From NCBI GenBank assembly GCA_018238155.1, contig JABCTZ010000041.1, positions 48,540 to 112,539 on the forward strand: a DNA stretch of 64,000 nucleotides. Direction: 5' to 3'. The position numbers were made by a program, and so were the translations under genes. This DNA is from Candidatus Heimdallarchaeota archaeon (GTDB lineage: Archaea > Asgardarchaeota > Heimdallarchaeia > JABLTI01). The notes under the pieces are model-generated. The model was not told the origin of the DNA. It made no database searches and saw only the letters and a program-made list of their open reading frames with translations. How positions within the stretch are numbered: the first letter of the stretch is position 1; every line of letters begins with the position of its first letter. This document shows, in pieces, positions 18,972 to 29,307 of the stretch.

Positions 18972-19685
18972 CTACTGCATTTGATATTTCTTTGTTAGAC
19001 CATTCACAGCACAGAATTTGAAGTAGTACTGATAAATGCCCATGAAAGTCATGATCAAAGGCAACATAAGTGTTAACATCCAAAATGGATTAGCACCTAG
19101 TAACATTATTGTTAAAGCACCACCGATTACAAAAGGTAACATTGACATGCCCATTAGCAACCGTTTCATGCGTTCTGCAGGACCGATATTGCATTGACCT
19201 GGTTTGTAACCTATAGATTTGAAAATAAATTTCTGCATCATTGATCTAGATGCTTTAGGGTCAAAGGGAGTATCATCTTCAACTAAATCCTCGGTTTTCA
19301 AGTATTCTCCGAAATCATCAGCAAGTTCATTCATCTGTTGTTGCGAAGTGCTAAAAAAGTCAACATTGTATTTTTCTATTAAATAATTTAAGTAATTAGA
19401 AGCTTTCTTGAGATTCTTTTGGAGTTTATCTACTACCTCTTGATCCATTTTCTCTTTATCACCGAAAATTAACAAAATATCTGAGACCTCATCTAAAGCA
19501 TAGAGTTTGTTTTCCAAAACAATATACTTGAGTTTATCATCACTCATTTCATTTGCAAATTGTGAGAGTGCAACAAAAAAACCAGACTGTAATAAATACC
19601 AATCTTCTGATAAGGCTATATCTGGATCTCGATTATAATAAAATATTGGTAAACTTTCTTTTATAACTAAAATTTCATCTAGCAT
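18972..19685 (-). CDS. Longin-like domain fused to a C-terminal two-TM Cys-containing (YgaP/DUF2892-like) membrane domain
   Basis: N-terminal ILVIKESLPIFY...LQSGFFVALSQFANEM. C-terminal CNIGPAERMKR-TM-TM-FC. Confidence 0.65.
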   Translation of the reverse strand: MLDEILVIKESLPIFYYNRDPDIALSEDWYLLQSGFFVALSQFANEMSDDKLKYIVLENKLYALDEVSDILLIFGDKEKMDQEVVDKLQKNLKKASNYLNYLIEKYNVDFFSTSQQQMNELADDFGEYLKTEDLVEDDTPFDPKASRSMMQKFIFKSIGYKPGQCNIGPAERMKRLLMGMSMLPFVIGGALTIMLLGANPFWMLTLMLPLIMTFMGIYQYYFKFCAVNGLTKKYQMQ

Positions 19686-19881
19686 AAAACTAACCTCCTA
19701 ATTTGGTGTGACTTTTAATTGTCTTTTACTAGATTTAACAAGGGATATGTAAATTAAATAACTACCATGTTAGAATCTAACTAAAGAAGAATGTTTTAAC
19801 TAAGAATCTTACCTTTTACAGCACTTTTATTAATTAACGGTGTAATCTTTAAGAGCAACTAGCAAAATGAGTAGGTCATGA

Positions 19882-20463
19882 ATGGTAGATGAAAGTGAAT
19901 ATTTGATAGGTGGAGATGAACTTTTTCATCACACTCGTTTTACTAAACATTTTGAGTTTATGTTAGAAAATTATAAACCAAATAATAAACCAGTAGCATT
20001 TTTCATGAGTTGTTCAAAACATAAACCATTTTACAAATCACCCTATCGTCGAGTATTCAATGCAATGATTGAAAAAAAACTCAACATTAGAAAAATAAGT
20101 CAAATTTACACTGTTTCAGAACCAGCAATATTGATTCCTGAGGAACTTGATGATACTAATATAACTAGATATGATTTTCCACCAGCTGCAATGCAAACAG
20201 AAGGTAGAAGAATATTTATTGAACGTCTAGCAGCTGTTTTACCTAAACATCTTTTGGCTCACGAAAAGATATTTTATATCCTTCCAAAACACCACCGAGG
20301 TATTTTTGAGGCATCTTTAAAGATAATTGCTGAAGATACTACTACTAATACTATAGACAAAACTCTTATTGCTTCACGAATTAAATATGCACCTCCACTT
20401 ACGTACAATCTCCCTAAAGCAAAGGCTATCATTGTACAAACATTAGATTTGCAAATTGAATAG
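19882..20463 (+). CDS. Stand-alone DUF5591 (ArcS-associated domain) protein
   Basis: AFFMSCSKHKPFYKSP...VSEPAILIPEEL...YDFPP resembles the ArcS PCSxxKPYxxS region. Confidence 0.7.
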   Translation: MVDESEYLIGGDELFHHTRFTKHFEFMLENYKPNNKPVAFFMSCSKHKPFYKSPYRRVFNAMIEKKLNIRKISQIYTVSEPAILIPEELDDTNITRYDFPPAAMQTEGRRIFIERLAAVLPKHLLAHEKIFYILPKHHRGIFEASLKIIAEDTTTNTIDKTLIASRIKYAPPLTYNLPKAKAIIVQTLDLQIE

Positions 20464-20489
20464 AAGTCTAAGTAAGGTGTTTACAAAAA

Positions 20490-21614
20490 ATGAGCAACAT
20501 TTCAAACCAATCAAATGGTTTTGCAAAACAGCTAACAACCAAAATTCATGCAAAGAATTTTGACACTCCTACAATGATGCTTACTTATTCTTTTCGTTTA
20601 AATAATCCTCGACCTTGGAAAAAAATACCTAATTGTTCTGTCATGACAAATGCATATGATATACTACAAAATGGTCGATTAGAGAATCGAATTCGAACGA
20701 AAGGAATTCACTCTGAATTAGAATTAAATGGTGAAATTTGTGCCATGGATTCCGGTGGATTCCAATTCATCTCTCGAGGTGAAGGAGAAAAAATAGATCC
20801 GCTAAAAGTTATTGAATTACAGAACCAATCAAATGTTGATATTGCAGTTTGTTTAGATTATCCAATATTGCAAAACTTTTCTCAAAATAAAAACAAAAAA
20901 TTGACTCAACAATCATTGGAAAACATCAAACTATCTCATCAAAATATCAAAAATGGTATTGAAGTTTTGCCAGTACTTCATGGAACAACTACAGATGAAA
21001 TTCGTTCTTTTCAACAACAGATAAAACAGATAGGTGATTTCAAGATCTGGGGGATAGGTGGTTTGGTCCCACAAATGAAACAATCATCAACATCCCATAA
21101 AAGATATTTTAGCATTATAGATCGAGTAATAGAAGCTAGAAAAGGACTGAATAAAATTGATGATAACATTTTGTTACACATTTTCGGTGTAGGAAGTCCT
21201 TTAGCAGGGTTACTCTTCTTGTTGAGTGGGGCAGACAGTATAGAAAGTATTTCATGGATTATGAACGCAAAATATTTCTTAGTTTACCAAGATAAAATTG
21301 GAGCAAGAAAAGTATCAAAAAAGACCACTATGTGCACAACTAGTGTTAAATGGGAAGAATATAATTGTACCTGCCCAATTTGTCACAACATTGGTTTAGG
21401 TGATATAGAAGAAAAAATGAAAGCCAGCGGAAACATTGGATTCCAAAATAGAGCAATGCATAATGCGTATGTTTATCAAAAGATACTTGTTGAAGCGAAA
21501 GAAGCTATTAATGAAAATCGATTGGTAGAATTGTGTAAAGAAAAGTTAGGTCATCACCGCTTCTTCAAAGGGATTCTAAATTATACTCTAAAGAAATTGG
21601 AAAATTGCCTCTAA
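20490..21614 (+). CDS. tRNA-guanine transglycosylase (TGT) family protein, catalytic barrel only
   Basis: NAYDI, MDSGGFQ, CLDYP, PVLHG, GIGGLVP, HIFGVG, zinc site CTCPIC...HN. No PUA domains. Confidence 0.85.
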   Translation: MSNISNQSNGFAKQLTTKIHAKNFDTPTMMLTYSFRLNNPRPWKKIPNCSVMTNAYDILQNGRLENRIRTKGIHSELELNGEICAMDSGGFQFISRGEGEKIDPLKVIELQNQSNVDIAVCLDYPILQNFSQNKNKKLTQQSLENIKLSHQNIKNGIEVLPVLHGTTTDEIRSFQQQIKQIGDFKIWGIGGLVPQMKQSSTSHKRYFSIIDRVIEARKGLNKIDDNILLHIFGVGSPLAGLLFLLSGADSIESISWIMNAKYFLVYQDKIGARKVSKKTTMCTTSVKWEEYNCTCPICHNIGLGDIEEKMKASGNIGFQNRAMHNAYVYQKILVEAKEAINENRLVELCKEKLGHHRFFKGILNYTLKKLENCL

Positions 21615-21721
21615 CATAATTGTTTTTTATAGGCAAATTCATAATAATATTTAGAATTAAATTGGAATTTTAGAGCCCTCTCTTGTAATTTTGTTTAATT
21701 TAAATTAAATTTATATAAAAG

Positions 21722-22660
21722 GTGAATATCATTTTGAAAAAAACATCAATAGCTACAGCTGTAATCCTATTTATTTTATCGTTAAATTGTACCAATATTG
21801 CAAGCACCCTTCCAAGTGAACCAATTTGGGGAGTATCTCCAGGGGATACTTATGATTTCAATTTAAATTACATTGAAATTGATTGTTCTCTTCCACTCAT
21901 TAATTATAATGGAACAGGATTAACGTTTGCAAATGATAGCTTTGTTGAACAAAATTCGACAATATCTTTCAATATTACAAACATTGACGAAATACAAATT
22001 GATTATAACTTAACAAATAATGGAATAAACGAAAATAACTATCGAATTTCAAGCAATTTCTCTAATGAGTTATCTTTCTTACTTAACCTACCTTTCAAAT
22101 TTATTTCAGAAGAAGTAAATATTTCTGATATCAAAAGAGGTTTTACCGGAATAGATTACTTAATTGTACCAACACTAAATGAAACTTGGGACGAATTTGA
22201 CTCATATGATAATCCAATATATCTAACAATTATAGAAGAAGCATATGCTTCTGAAGCAGAAATTAATTTGGAAGGATTAACAACTATAAGTCAAGTTACT
22301 GACGAATCTATTTTTGATTGGTATGTAAATGGAACATACGTAGATGAAGCAAACGGTACAAACTTCCAATTTGTTTATAGCTTGAAGATGGCTTATGAGC
22401 TATCTACTGGAATTCTTCTTGGAATGAGAGTTTCTTTGGAAATAGAAGGTGAAAATTGTTGTGAACCAACTTCCATAATTATTCATTCTGAAGTAGAGCG
22501 AAATGGTTATAGTCTTGGTGATTTTCTTCTACCATCAGGAGAAAACAGTGATATTGCTCGATTTCTTTCAGACTTTTTGCCAGGCTTTGGTTGGATAATT
22601 GTTCCAATAGTTTTTGCTCCTCTAATATTGGTTAAAAATAAAAAAAGAGAAAGAAAATAA
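21722..22660 (+). CDS. Surface glycoprotein with PGF-CTERM-like sorting signal
   Basis: Signal peptide, WGVSPGDTYDF, many N-x-S/T sequons, C-terminal LPGFGW-TM-KNKKRERK. Confidence 0.75.
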   Translation: MNIILKKTSIATAVILFILSLNCTNIASTLPSEPIWGVSPGDTYDFNLNYIEIDCSLPLINYNGTGLTFANDSFVEQNSTISFNITNIDEIQIDYNLTNNGINENNYRISSNFSNELSFLLNLPFKFISEEVNISDIKRGFTGIDYLIVPTLNETWDEFDSYDNPIYLTIIEEAYASEAEINLEGLTTISQVTDESIFDWYVNGTYVDEANGTNFQFVYSLKMAYELSTGILLGMRVSLEIEGENCCEPTSIIIHSEVERNGYSLGDFLLPSGENSDIARFLSDFLPGFGWIIVPIVFAPLILVKNKKRERK

Positions 22661-22714
22661 AACAAATGAAAGAAAAGTACAAGACTTGTGCTTTTCATTT
22701 CTATCAATTTTCAA

Positions 22715-23833
22715 TTACATTTGAATTCTACTTACTTCTTTTTTGAATTCATTTGGATCCAAATCTAAGGATAAATCTATAATTCCACGTGAACCAACAG
22801 CAAAAATGCGATTTTTTAATCCATTAACAATAATTTTAGTGTTAGTAAAATTTGCAATAACTGAATTTTCACAATTAGTAAATGATATAAGATTTTCTTT
22901 GGAAAAAATCAAATTATTATTCTTGTCTTTTGGATAAATATCTGAATGATAAACCTTTAACCAATCTCCCAAATCATTCCATTCTTTCTGATATTCAACA
23001 GTAGCAAAAGTCATTTCAGGAATGAGCAATCTATGAATAATTTTTGAAAAATCACAGAACGGACATTTTGCAAGGAATTCTTCTGCAGTTGAACATGATT
23101 CCATCAAATTAACAATTTCTTTCAAAATTCCTTGAATTGAAACAAGCTCATCATCAGGATAAGGATATAATTCTTTCAATTCTGCAAGCGTTACATGTTT
23201 CATAGTTAATATTTGATTTTTAAGATAAGCAACTTTAACACAAACCATCATTGTTTCGGCAATCATATCATCTTTTGGTATTGTTCCTTTGAGCATAAAT
23301 TCAATTGCCTTATCCCCTTTTACTTTTATATACGAAAATGCCGGGTTCTTGGTTCCGGTTGTTAAAACGGTTCCTGACGAAAAATTACTTTGCTCAATTT
23401 TATCTAGAATTGTTGCTATTGCTTTTGTCACAGCAGGACTATGATATTGATCACAAGCAGCTAGAATGAGAATATCATCATCCTCAGATTCAATGGCAGC
23501 AGCAATAATGGGTGAACCAGTTCCCTTTCCTGGGTCAGTAATAATTCTTGTTGGTTGCAAATCTTGATCACTCATTTTTTCATTTATAGAAGGTGTACCA
23601 AAAAGCAAGGATTCATTGTGAGGGATGAAAATTAATGGCATTAATAATAAAGGGGTCCCCGCATAAGGATCAATAGGTATTTTAGGTTTGTATATTTTGG
23701 CATTTTTTATTGGAATATTCAAATCAATGGTCTTAAAAATCGGAGATAGACGAGTGCTACTACGTTCTTTACCAATACCTAATTCAATTTCTTTTTGTGT
23801 TATTTCACGAGCTAGCATAACAAGTTTTTTCAA
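22715..23833 (-). CDS. Divergent mannose-1-phosphate guanylyltransferase-like nucleotidyltransferase
   Basis: STRLSP...KPK, GKGTG, ACDQY, FSYI, WNDLGDW, short beta-helix tail. The canonical GGxG motif is missing. Confidence 0.65.
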   Translation of the reverse strand: MKKLVMLAREITQKEIELGIGKERSSTRLSPIFKTIDLNIPIKNAKIYKPKIPIDPYAGTPLLLMPLIFIPHNESLLFGTPSINEKMSDQDLQPTRIITDPGKGTGSPIIAAAIESEDDDILILAACDQYHSPAVTKAIATILDKIEQSNFSSGTVLTTGTKNPAFSYIKVKGDKAIEFMLKGTIPKDDMIAETMMVCVKVAYLKNQILTMKHVTLAELKELYPYPDDELVSIQGILKEIVNLMESCSTAEEFLAKCPFCDFSKIIHRLLIPEMTFATVEYQKEWNDLGDWLKVYHSDIYPKDKNNNLIFSKENLISFTNCENSVIANFTNTKIIVNGLKNRIFAVGSRGIIDLSLDLDPNEFKKEVSRIQM

Positions 23834-23925
23834 AGAACATCACCAGGATAAGAATAACCGTTTGAATAATTGAGGAGCTCATAATAGATATTAATATTTT
23901 TGCAAGAAAACAGAAAAAGAAAGAA

Positions 23926-25245
23926 TTAAACCACATTATAGCGATTGCTAAACATACATGATTCACAAATGTGGTCTATAAAAAGAAAACCAGTAATATT
24001 ATTTTCTCTTCCAAAAACTCCACAACTTGCACAAGTAGTGTACTGATCGTTGCATGCTACAGGTGTTTTACATAATTTACAACGAACGATTTCTTCCAAG
24101 CAATATGGACAATGGTTCTCTAAAGAACTGTATCCTGTTTTACAATAAAAACAAGAATATTCTGTTACTTTCGAATCGAAATTTGCATGAATAATACAGT
24201 CATTTATCGAGAATTCAGAGGTAGAAGATTTATCCGGGTCAGCAAAAAGATTTTGCAATAATTCATGAATCGTTTCAATAGAACATTCGGCTTTATTTGC
24301 TACTTCTTCAATATTCAATTCTTGATTTGATGGAAATGAACACAATAAATCAAAAAGATATTTCTTGTCTTCTTCTGACTTTATTCTTTTCTCGTATTCA
24401 GTTTTAAAGGATAATTTTTGAAATCTTTGAGTGCGAACAGAAGCAAATATTCCAATGAATAGAATAACAACACCAATTGTTGGAACGATAATAGATAAAC
24501 TGTTAAATTTATTCAGATTATCAGGAACCAAAGGATCTTGACCATTACTTATTTCCCAAATATCAGAAAATCCATCACCATCTGTGTCTGATGAACATGG
24601 ATTTGTCAAAAAAACGAGAATCTCATCTCCATCCATCAACCCATCATTGTCAGTATCTTTTAGGAGCATATTTGTATGATAAATATAACCTTCATCATAA
24701 TCAGATAACCCATCTCCGTCAGAATCAGGGCTGTTTGGATTACTTCCATGAATGTAAACCTCAAAACCATCCACTATTCCATCTAAATCTGAATCAGAAG
24801 AAATTGGATTGGTATTGGTCTTATATATTTCCAGATAATCACAGATATAATCATAATCAGAATCAACAACTCTTGGGTTTGTTTTAAAAACATGAACTTC
24901 TTCTCCATCCAGTAGATAGTCTCCGTCTGAATCTGCTACTTTTGGATTTGTTTTATAAAAAAACTCTTCTTCATTTGTTAATCCGTCATTATCCATGTCA
25001 TTTTGATTATCTGTTTTTACTGAAACAAATTGGTTTAAATTTTTTTCTGGATAACGAGAGTCTATATCTGATTCAGAGGTAAATGTTTGAACTATTATCT
25101 GTGAATGTTGATGCTCCTCAGATAAAGCAATAGACATCATAAAGAATAATATAAATACAAATAGTAATGAAGATTTTACTTTCTTACCAGCTAGACGTTC
25201 TTTGAATCTGGTTGGGGATTTTATTTTCAACTTCATGCTCTTCAA
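23926..25245 (-). CDS. Receptor-like membrane protein: TSP3-like Ca-binding repeats, TM, cytoplasmic HTH-like segment and Zn/RING-like domain
   Basis: Repeated DSDGDGLSD/DTDNDGLMD, TM IIVPTIGVVILFIGIFA, and CxxC pairs CFYC, CPYC, CKLC, CASC, CESC. Confidence 0.75.
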   Translation of the reverse strand: MKSMKLKIKSPTRFKERLAGKKVKSSLLFVFILFFMMSIALSEEHQHSQIIVQTFTSESDIDSRYPEKNLNQFVSVKTDNQNDMDNDGLTNEEEFFYKTNPKVADSDGDYLLDGEEVHVFKTNPRVVDSDYDYICDYLEIYKTNTNPISSDSDLDGIVDGFEVYIHGSNPNSPDSDGDGLSDYDEGYIYHTNMLLKDTDNDGLMDGDEILVFLTNPCSSDTDGDGFSDIWEISNGQDPLVPDNLNKFNSLSIIVPTIGVVILFIGIFASVRTQRFQKLSFKTEYEKRIKSEEDKKYLFDLLCSFPSNQELNIEEVANKAECSIETIHELLQNLFADPDKSSTSEFSINDCIIHANFDSKVTEYSCFYCKTGYSSLENHCPYCLEEIVRCKLCKTPVACNDQYTTCASCGVFGRENNITGFLFIDHICESCMFSNRYNVV

Positions 25246-25620
25246 CTCTAGTGACTATCTCTTGCTGAAGATGCGCAATATACGCACATTTTTACTTGTT
25301 ATTTCTTAGCTAAATGGTTCTCAACATACTGAGAGTGAGCTCTGAGAAATTCAGTTGTTAATGTAAACTGTTTGGATTTAATATATTAAAGGTTTCTTCA
25401 AGTCTATTTTAAACCTAAATTATGGTAAAATAATTATTTGATAATTTTGTTGTAGTTTTAAGTGATTCATTACTTGTGTCACTTTAATTATAGGATATCC
25501 AAAGATTTTAAAATCAAAAGACAGCGTTGCTTTCATATACAAGGATAAATCGACCTTTTTACTTAGTATGTAATGTTTACAAAACTAAAGTGAATCTAGA
25601 TTTACCGATTAGATAAAAGC

Positions 25621-28032
25621 ATGGTGAAAGAAAATTTGGATAAATACTCTCGAGAAGTAATGCTAGCATTAACATCAAAAGAATGCTCAAAAGCAGTATC
25701 AAAATATCTGCTTTCCTTTGATTTAGAAAATTGGAAAATATTCTCAGACAATTTCTATAAAATGACTCCTTTCGAATCCGAAAGAATCCTAACTGAGATA
25801 GCAGCAAAAATGGATATACATATGATTTTAGATTTGTTATCCTTAGCTCACATAATTGGTCAATCTATTTCTTTATCAAACTCTCTCATCAAATCTTTCA
25901 TTAGTACAAATACTAAATCTATAGATGAACAAATTCGTGCAAAAGTCAAATCACTATTAAACTCTCCATTTGCAGAAGAACGAAGAACCGGTCTTTTAAT
26001 GGCAGGTTATTTTGACATGGATGAATTTTTCCCTATCATTGAAAAAATGTCTAATTACGATGTTTTATTTGAAGATGCTTATTTTGCCTTAGGATTATTT
26101 ACCGATAGTAAAATAGTTGAACTTCTTAGTACTAAATTCATTTATTTGGGCAAAAATACGATTCAAAGAAATGCTATAGCAAAAATTTTAGCTCGAAAAG
26201 GGAATCCATTAGCAGCTCTTTGGTTATTTAAAAATAAAGGACTTGACGAATCCACCATAACTACTAAAACAATCTATCTTTCTCGAGATCTTGCTTGGAG
26301 TGGAATACTCCCTCATCTATTTTTGGACTCAGATGATGATTTTCTTCAACCTGTGGCTTTGAAAATGATTAATGGATTAGCATTTATTTTGCCATATGAT
26401 ATAGAAATAATCAAAGAAATAGAACTTCACTGTATGATCAAAAAATTAATTTCGATTCAGAAAGAAAAGCCAACAATAGAATTATTCAAAGCTTCTCTAG
26501 CAATTAAAATGGCTGTTGATGAAATTTATTTCAACATTGATCCTTTTGCAATCGATAAAGAAACTCGAAATGAAATTATTAAATCTTGGAATCTTTTAGA
26601 GAAATATCCTAATGAGAAATTAAAGATTTTTGCAGAGGAATTTATTCAAGATAATCTAAATTTATCTTCACCTCATTTAAAAATAGCAATAAAATTGATT
26701 CGAACTTTCAATCTAAAAAATTATGAGGAAAAGCTCTTACAATTTTCTAAACAAAAAGCAATCGAAACTGAAATTCTTTTTGAAATAATAACAACATTAG
26801 GTTATATTGGTACAGAAGTATCAGCTGAATATATCATTGAAAAAATAACTGAAATGATTGATTTTGAAAAACGGACTCTGTTAACGGATCAAATGATACA
26901 ATTTCATTCTGATATTGATTATTTTGATGATTTTGACAATGAACAATTGGTAATGAATGGTAAAACACTCGAAGAAGATATTATTGTATGGAATCAAAGA
27001 GATAATGAAGATATGTTCTACTGGAATGCTCTTTTCTCACTTGGTAAAATAAAATCTGAAAAAGCTCTTCCTATATTGCTAAATTCACTCAATGATTATG
27101 ACCCAAAAATAAGACTGGAAGCAATTTCTGGTTTGAAAGCCATAAATTGTTTTAATCAAATTATCGAAGAAAAATTAATCGTTAGTATGCTAAACGAACA
27201 ATTTATGAGTGTTCAACGTAAAGCAATTCTCACCTTGGGTTCTCTTAATTCACAACAAGCGATACCAATATTCCTAGGAATCATTTACAAAGCAATTGAA
27301 GAGGGAATACTAGAATTAGCAGATGCTATGGTTGAAAATTATGATACTAGATGGGATGAAAATGAAACGAATACACATTCAGAGCATTCAAATATCGAAG
27401 AGCTGGGTGCTACTCAAAGAGTCCCACGAAAAATGGATACCTCTCAAGAAAAACTAGTTGATGAAGATATTAATCGTTGGATCAAAAGATTTGGTGAAAC
27501 ATCACAAAATTCTCTTGAACTTCGAGAAGATTTCAATGATCAAGAGCTGGATTTAACTTTAGAGTCCGAAGTAATCGAAGAAAGCACTGTTTCTGAGTAT
27601 GGTACTAATGATATTTCATTAAGTGAGGAAATGGGTGATAATGAAATGAAGGATGATGAATGGCTTTCAGAACTCGGTGAACGCTTCAAAAAGTTAACAA
27701 TTGTAGAGAGTGTATTAGAAGCGTTGAAAATTTCTAATGCAAAAGTCTCTACTGATGAAATCAAAGAATTAATCGAACATCCAATAGATGAAGAATTGTA
27801 TAAAGATGCACTAGTAATTCTTGCAAGAACAGGAGAATCCTTTGCTGTAAACGAATTATTAGGTCTGTTTGATATAACAGATTATAGTCGCTCAAGAGAA
27901 ATTATCAATGCTTTATCGAATTGTGATACAACAAATTTAAAACGGTTTCAAAGAAAGGTAAATGAATCTCCAGATTGGATATTAAAAAATACATTAAAGC
28001 AGATTATTAAATCAAAAAATAATGATAGTTAA
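25621..28032 (+). CDS. HEAT-repeat protein with acidic insertions
   Basis: ALFSLGKIKSEKALPILLNSLNDYDPKIRLEAISGL and VQRKAILTLGSL HEAT/PBS-lyase repeats. Confidence 0.75.
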   Translation: MVKENLDKYSREVMLALTSKECSKAVSKYLLSFDLENWKIFSDNFYKMTPFESERILTEIAAKMDIHMILDLLSLAHIIGQSISLSNSLIKSFISTNTKSIDEQIRAKVKSLLNSPFAEERRTGLLMAGYFDMDEFFPIIEKMSNYDVLFEDAYFALGLFTDSKIVELLSTKFIYLGKNTIQRNAIAKILARKGNPLAALWLFKNKGLDESTITTKTIYLSRDLAWSGILPHLFLDSDDDFLQPVALKMINGLAFILPYDIEIIKEIELHCMIKKLISIQKEKPTIELFKASLAIKMAVDEIYFNIDPFAIDKETRNEIIKSWNLLEKYPNEKLKIFAEEFIQDNLNLSSPHLKIAIKLIRTFNLKNYEEKLLQFSKQKAIETEILFEIITTLGYIGTEVSAEYIIEKITEMIDFEKRTLLTDQMIQFHSDIDYFDDFDNEQLVMNGKTLEEDIIVWNQRDNEDMFYWNALFSLGKIKSEKALPILLNSLNDYDPKIRLEAISGLKAINCFNQIIEEKLIVSMLNEQFMSVQRKAILTLGSLNSQQAIPIFLGIIYKAIEEGILELADAMVENYDTRWDENETNTHSEHSNIEELGATQRVPRKMDTSQEKLVDEDINRWIKRFGETSQNSLELREDFNDQELDLTLESEVIEESTVSEYGTNDISLSEEMGDNEMKDDEWLSELGERFKKLTIVESVLEALKISNAKVSTDEIKELIEHPIDEELYKDALVILARTGESFAVNELLGLFDITDYSRSREIINALSNCDTTNLKRFQRKVNESPDWILKNTLKQIIKSKNNDS

Positions 28033-28111
28033 TCAATTGCTATTTATAACTAATATATGAATGAACTTTTATTTACAAATAATTTTATAGTAGATAGTAT
28101 CATCTGATGTT

Positions 28112-28810
28112 GTGGTTAAATTGTCGGAAATAAGTGAACTAAATGATTTAAATTTACCAATCTTTCGAAAAGTATGCATTCCAAAGAGAGTAACATGGGC
28201 TTATTTCACATATGCTCCATTAGTAGCTTTTATTTTAAATACGATATTGCTAGCAGGACATGTGATTTTACTACCTTATTATCTACTCTCAATTTTATCT
28301 AAAGGAAAACCACCGAAATTTCTGTATGTATGGGTGTACATCAACTCTGCTTACCTGTATGGAGCAATTCATGAGAAGGATGAAGTATGGTTTGATTTCT
28401 GGTGTTTGTACTATATCTATATCGGCTATATTGTTGCCTTTATCGTTTGGATTCTAAACGTCGTTTCATTATTGTTGATTTTTCCAATTTTCTATTATAT
28501 TGAAGAATGGAGATTGATGACCAATGTACAATATCGAATCACTTTCGGCAACTGGAAAAAACTAGTGAATGAATGCCCTGAAATGAGATATAAGCGAGGA
28601 GTTCAAGATCAAGAACGAAAGGAAAAAAGAACTATCAAAGAAGAAATGAAAAAAGCTAAAAAACAGGGCAAATATCATGATGTCACTGTAGAAATTGTCA
28701 ATGATGACATGAAAACAGATTCAAATAAAACTATGTGTCCAACTTGTGGAGAAGCAATTGAGACAAACACAGTATATTGTCAAAAATGCGGAAGTTATGT
28801 TAAAAACTAA
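28112..28810 (+). CDS. Membrane protein with C-terminal zinc ribbon
   Basis: Hydrophobic N-terminal half; C-terminal CPTCG...YCQKCG. Confidence 0.7.
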   Translation: MVKLSEISELNDLNLPIFRKVCIPKRVTWAYFTYAPLVAFILNTILLAGHVILLPYYLLSILSKGKPPKFLYVWVYINSAYLYGAIHEKDEVWFDFWCLYYIYIGYIVAFIVWILNVVSLLLIFPIFYYIEEWRLMTNVQYRITFGNWKKLVNECPEMRYKRGVQDQERKEKRTIKEEMKKAKKQGKYHDVTVEIVNDDMKTDSNKTMCPTCGEAIETNTVYCQKCGSYVKN

Positions 28811-28812
28811 GA

Positions 28813-28848
28813 AAATAAGATCAAGCAATTAATTAAGCGATCTTATTT
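28813..28848. terminator. Inverted repeat between convergent genes
   Basis: AAATAAGATC ... GATCTTATTT (10 bp) followed by T-rich sequence. Confidence 0.5.
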
Positions 28849-28855
28849 ATCTTTT

Positions 28856-29260
28856 TTATTTTTCTTTAAGCATTCTCTCAAGTAATTCTTGAACGTGTAT
28901 TTTAATTGACTCTCTGGTTTTTCGATAAAATTCAATATCTGTATCCTTGGTGTCTTCTAAAGCCCAATTTTCAGATTTACTGACAACCCAAGCAGGACAC
29001 ATTTTTTCTGCACCACAACCCATTATAACAACCAAATCAGATTGTTTTGCATATTCAAAATCAATTTCTTTTGGATAATGATTTGAAATATCAATTCCGA
29101 CTTCCTCCATTGCTAATATGGCTTTCGAGCTAATCTTTAATGCAGGTTTCGTTCCACCACTTTTTACTTCAATTAAATCCTTACCCAATTGCTTTGCATA
29201 ACCTTCAGCAATTTGGCTGCGACTCGAGTTACCAATACATAAAAAATAGATGCGTTTCAT
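28856..29260 (-). CDS. arsC: Arsenate reductase ArsC / LMW-PTP family
   Basis: FLCIGNSSRSQIAEG P-loop, SGGTKP, MGCG...CP. Confidence 0.85.
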   Translation of the reverse strand: MKRIYFLCIGNSSRSQIAEGYAKQLGKDLIEVKSGGTKPALKISSKAILAMEEVGIDISNHYPKEIDFEYAKQSDLVVIMGCGAEKMCPAWVVSKSENWALEDTKDTDIEFYRKTRESIKIHVQELLERMLKEK

Positions 29261-29307
29261 TTTTATCTTACCTTTCTGTTATACTTATGTAAGTTAAATC
29301 TCTAGAT

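Noticed and set aside
18958-19083. N-terminal extension of the 97-aa ORF 18790-19083
   Set aside because: It overlaps the upstream gene out of frame; the SD-supported start is 18957.
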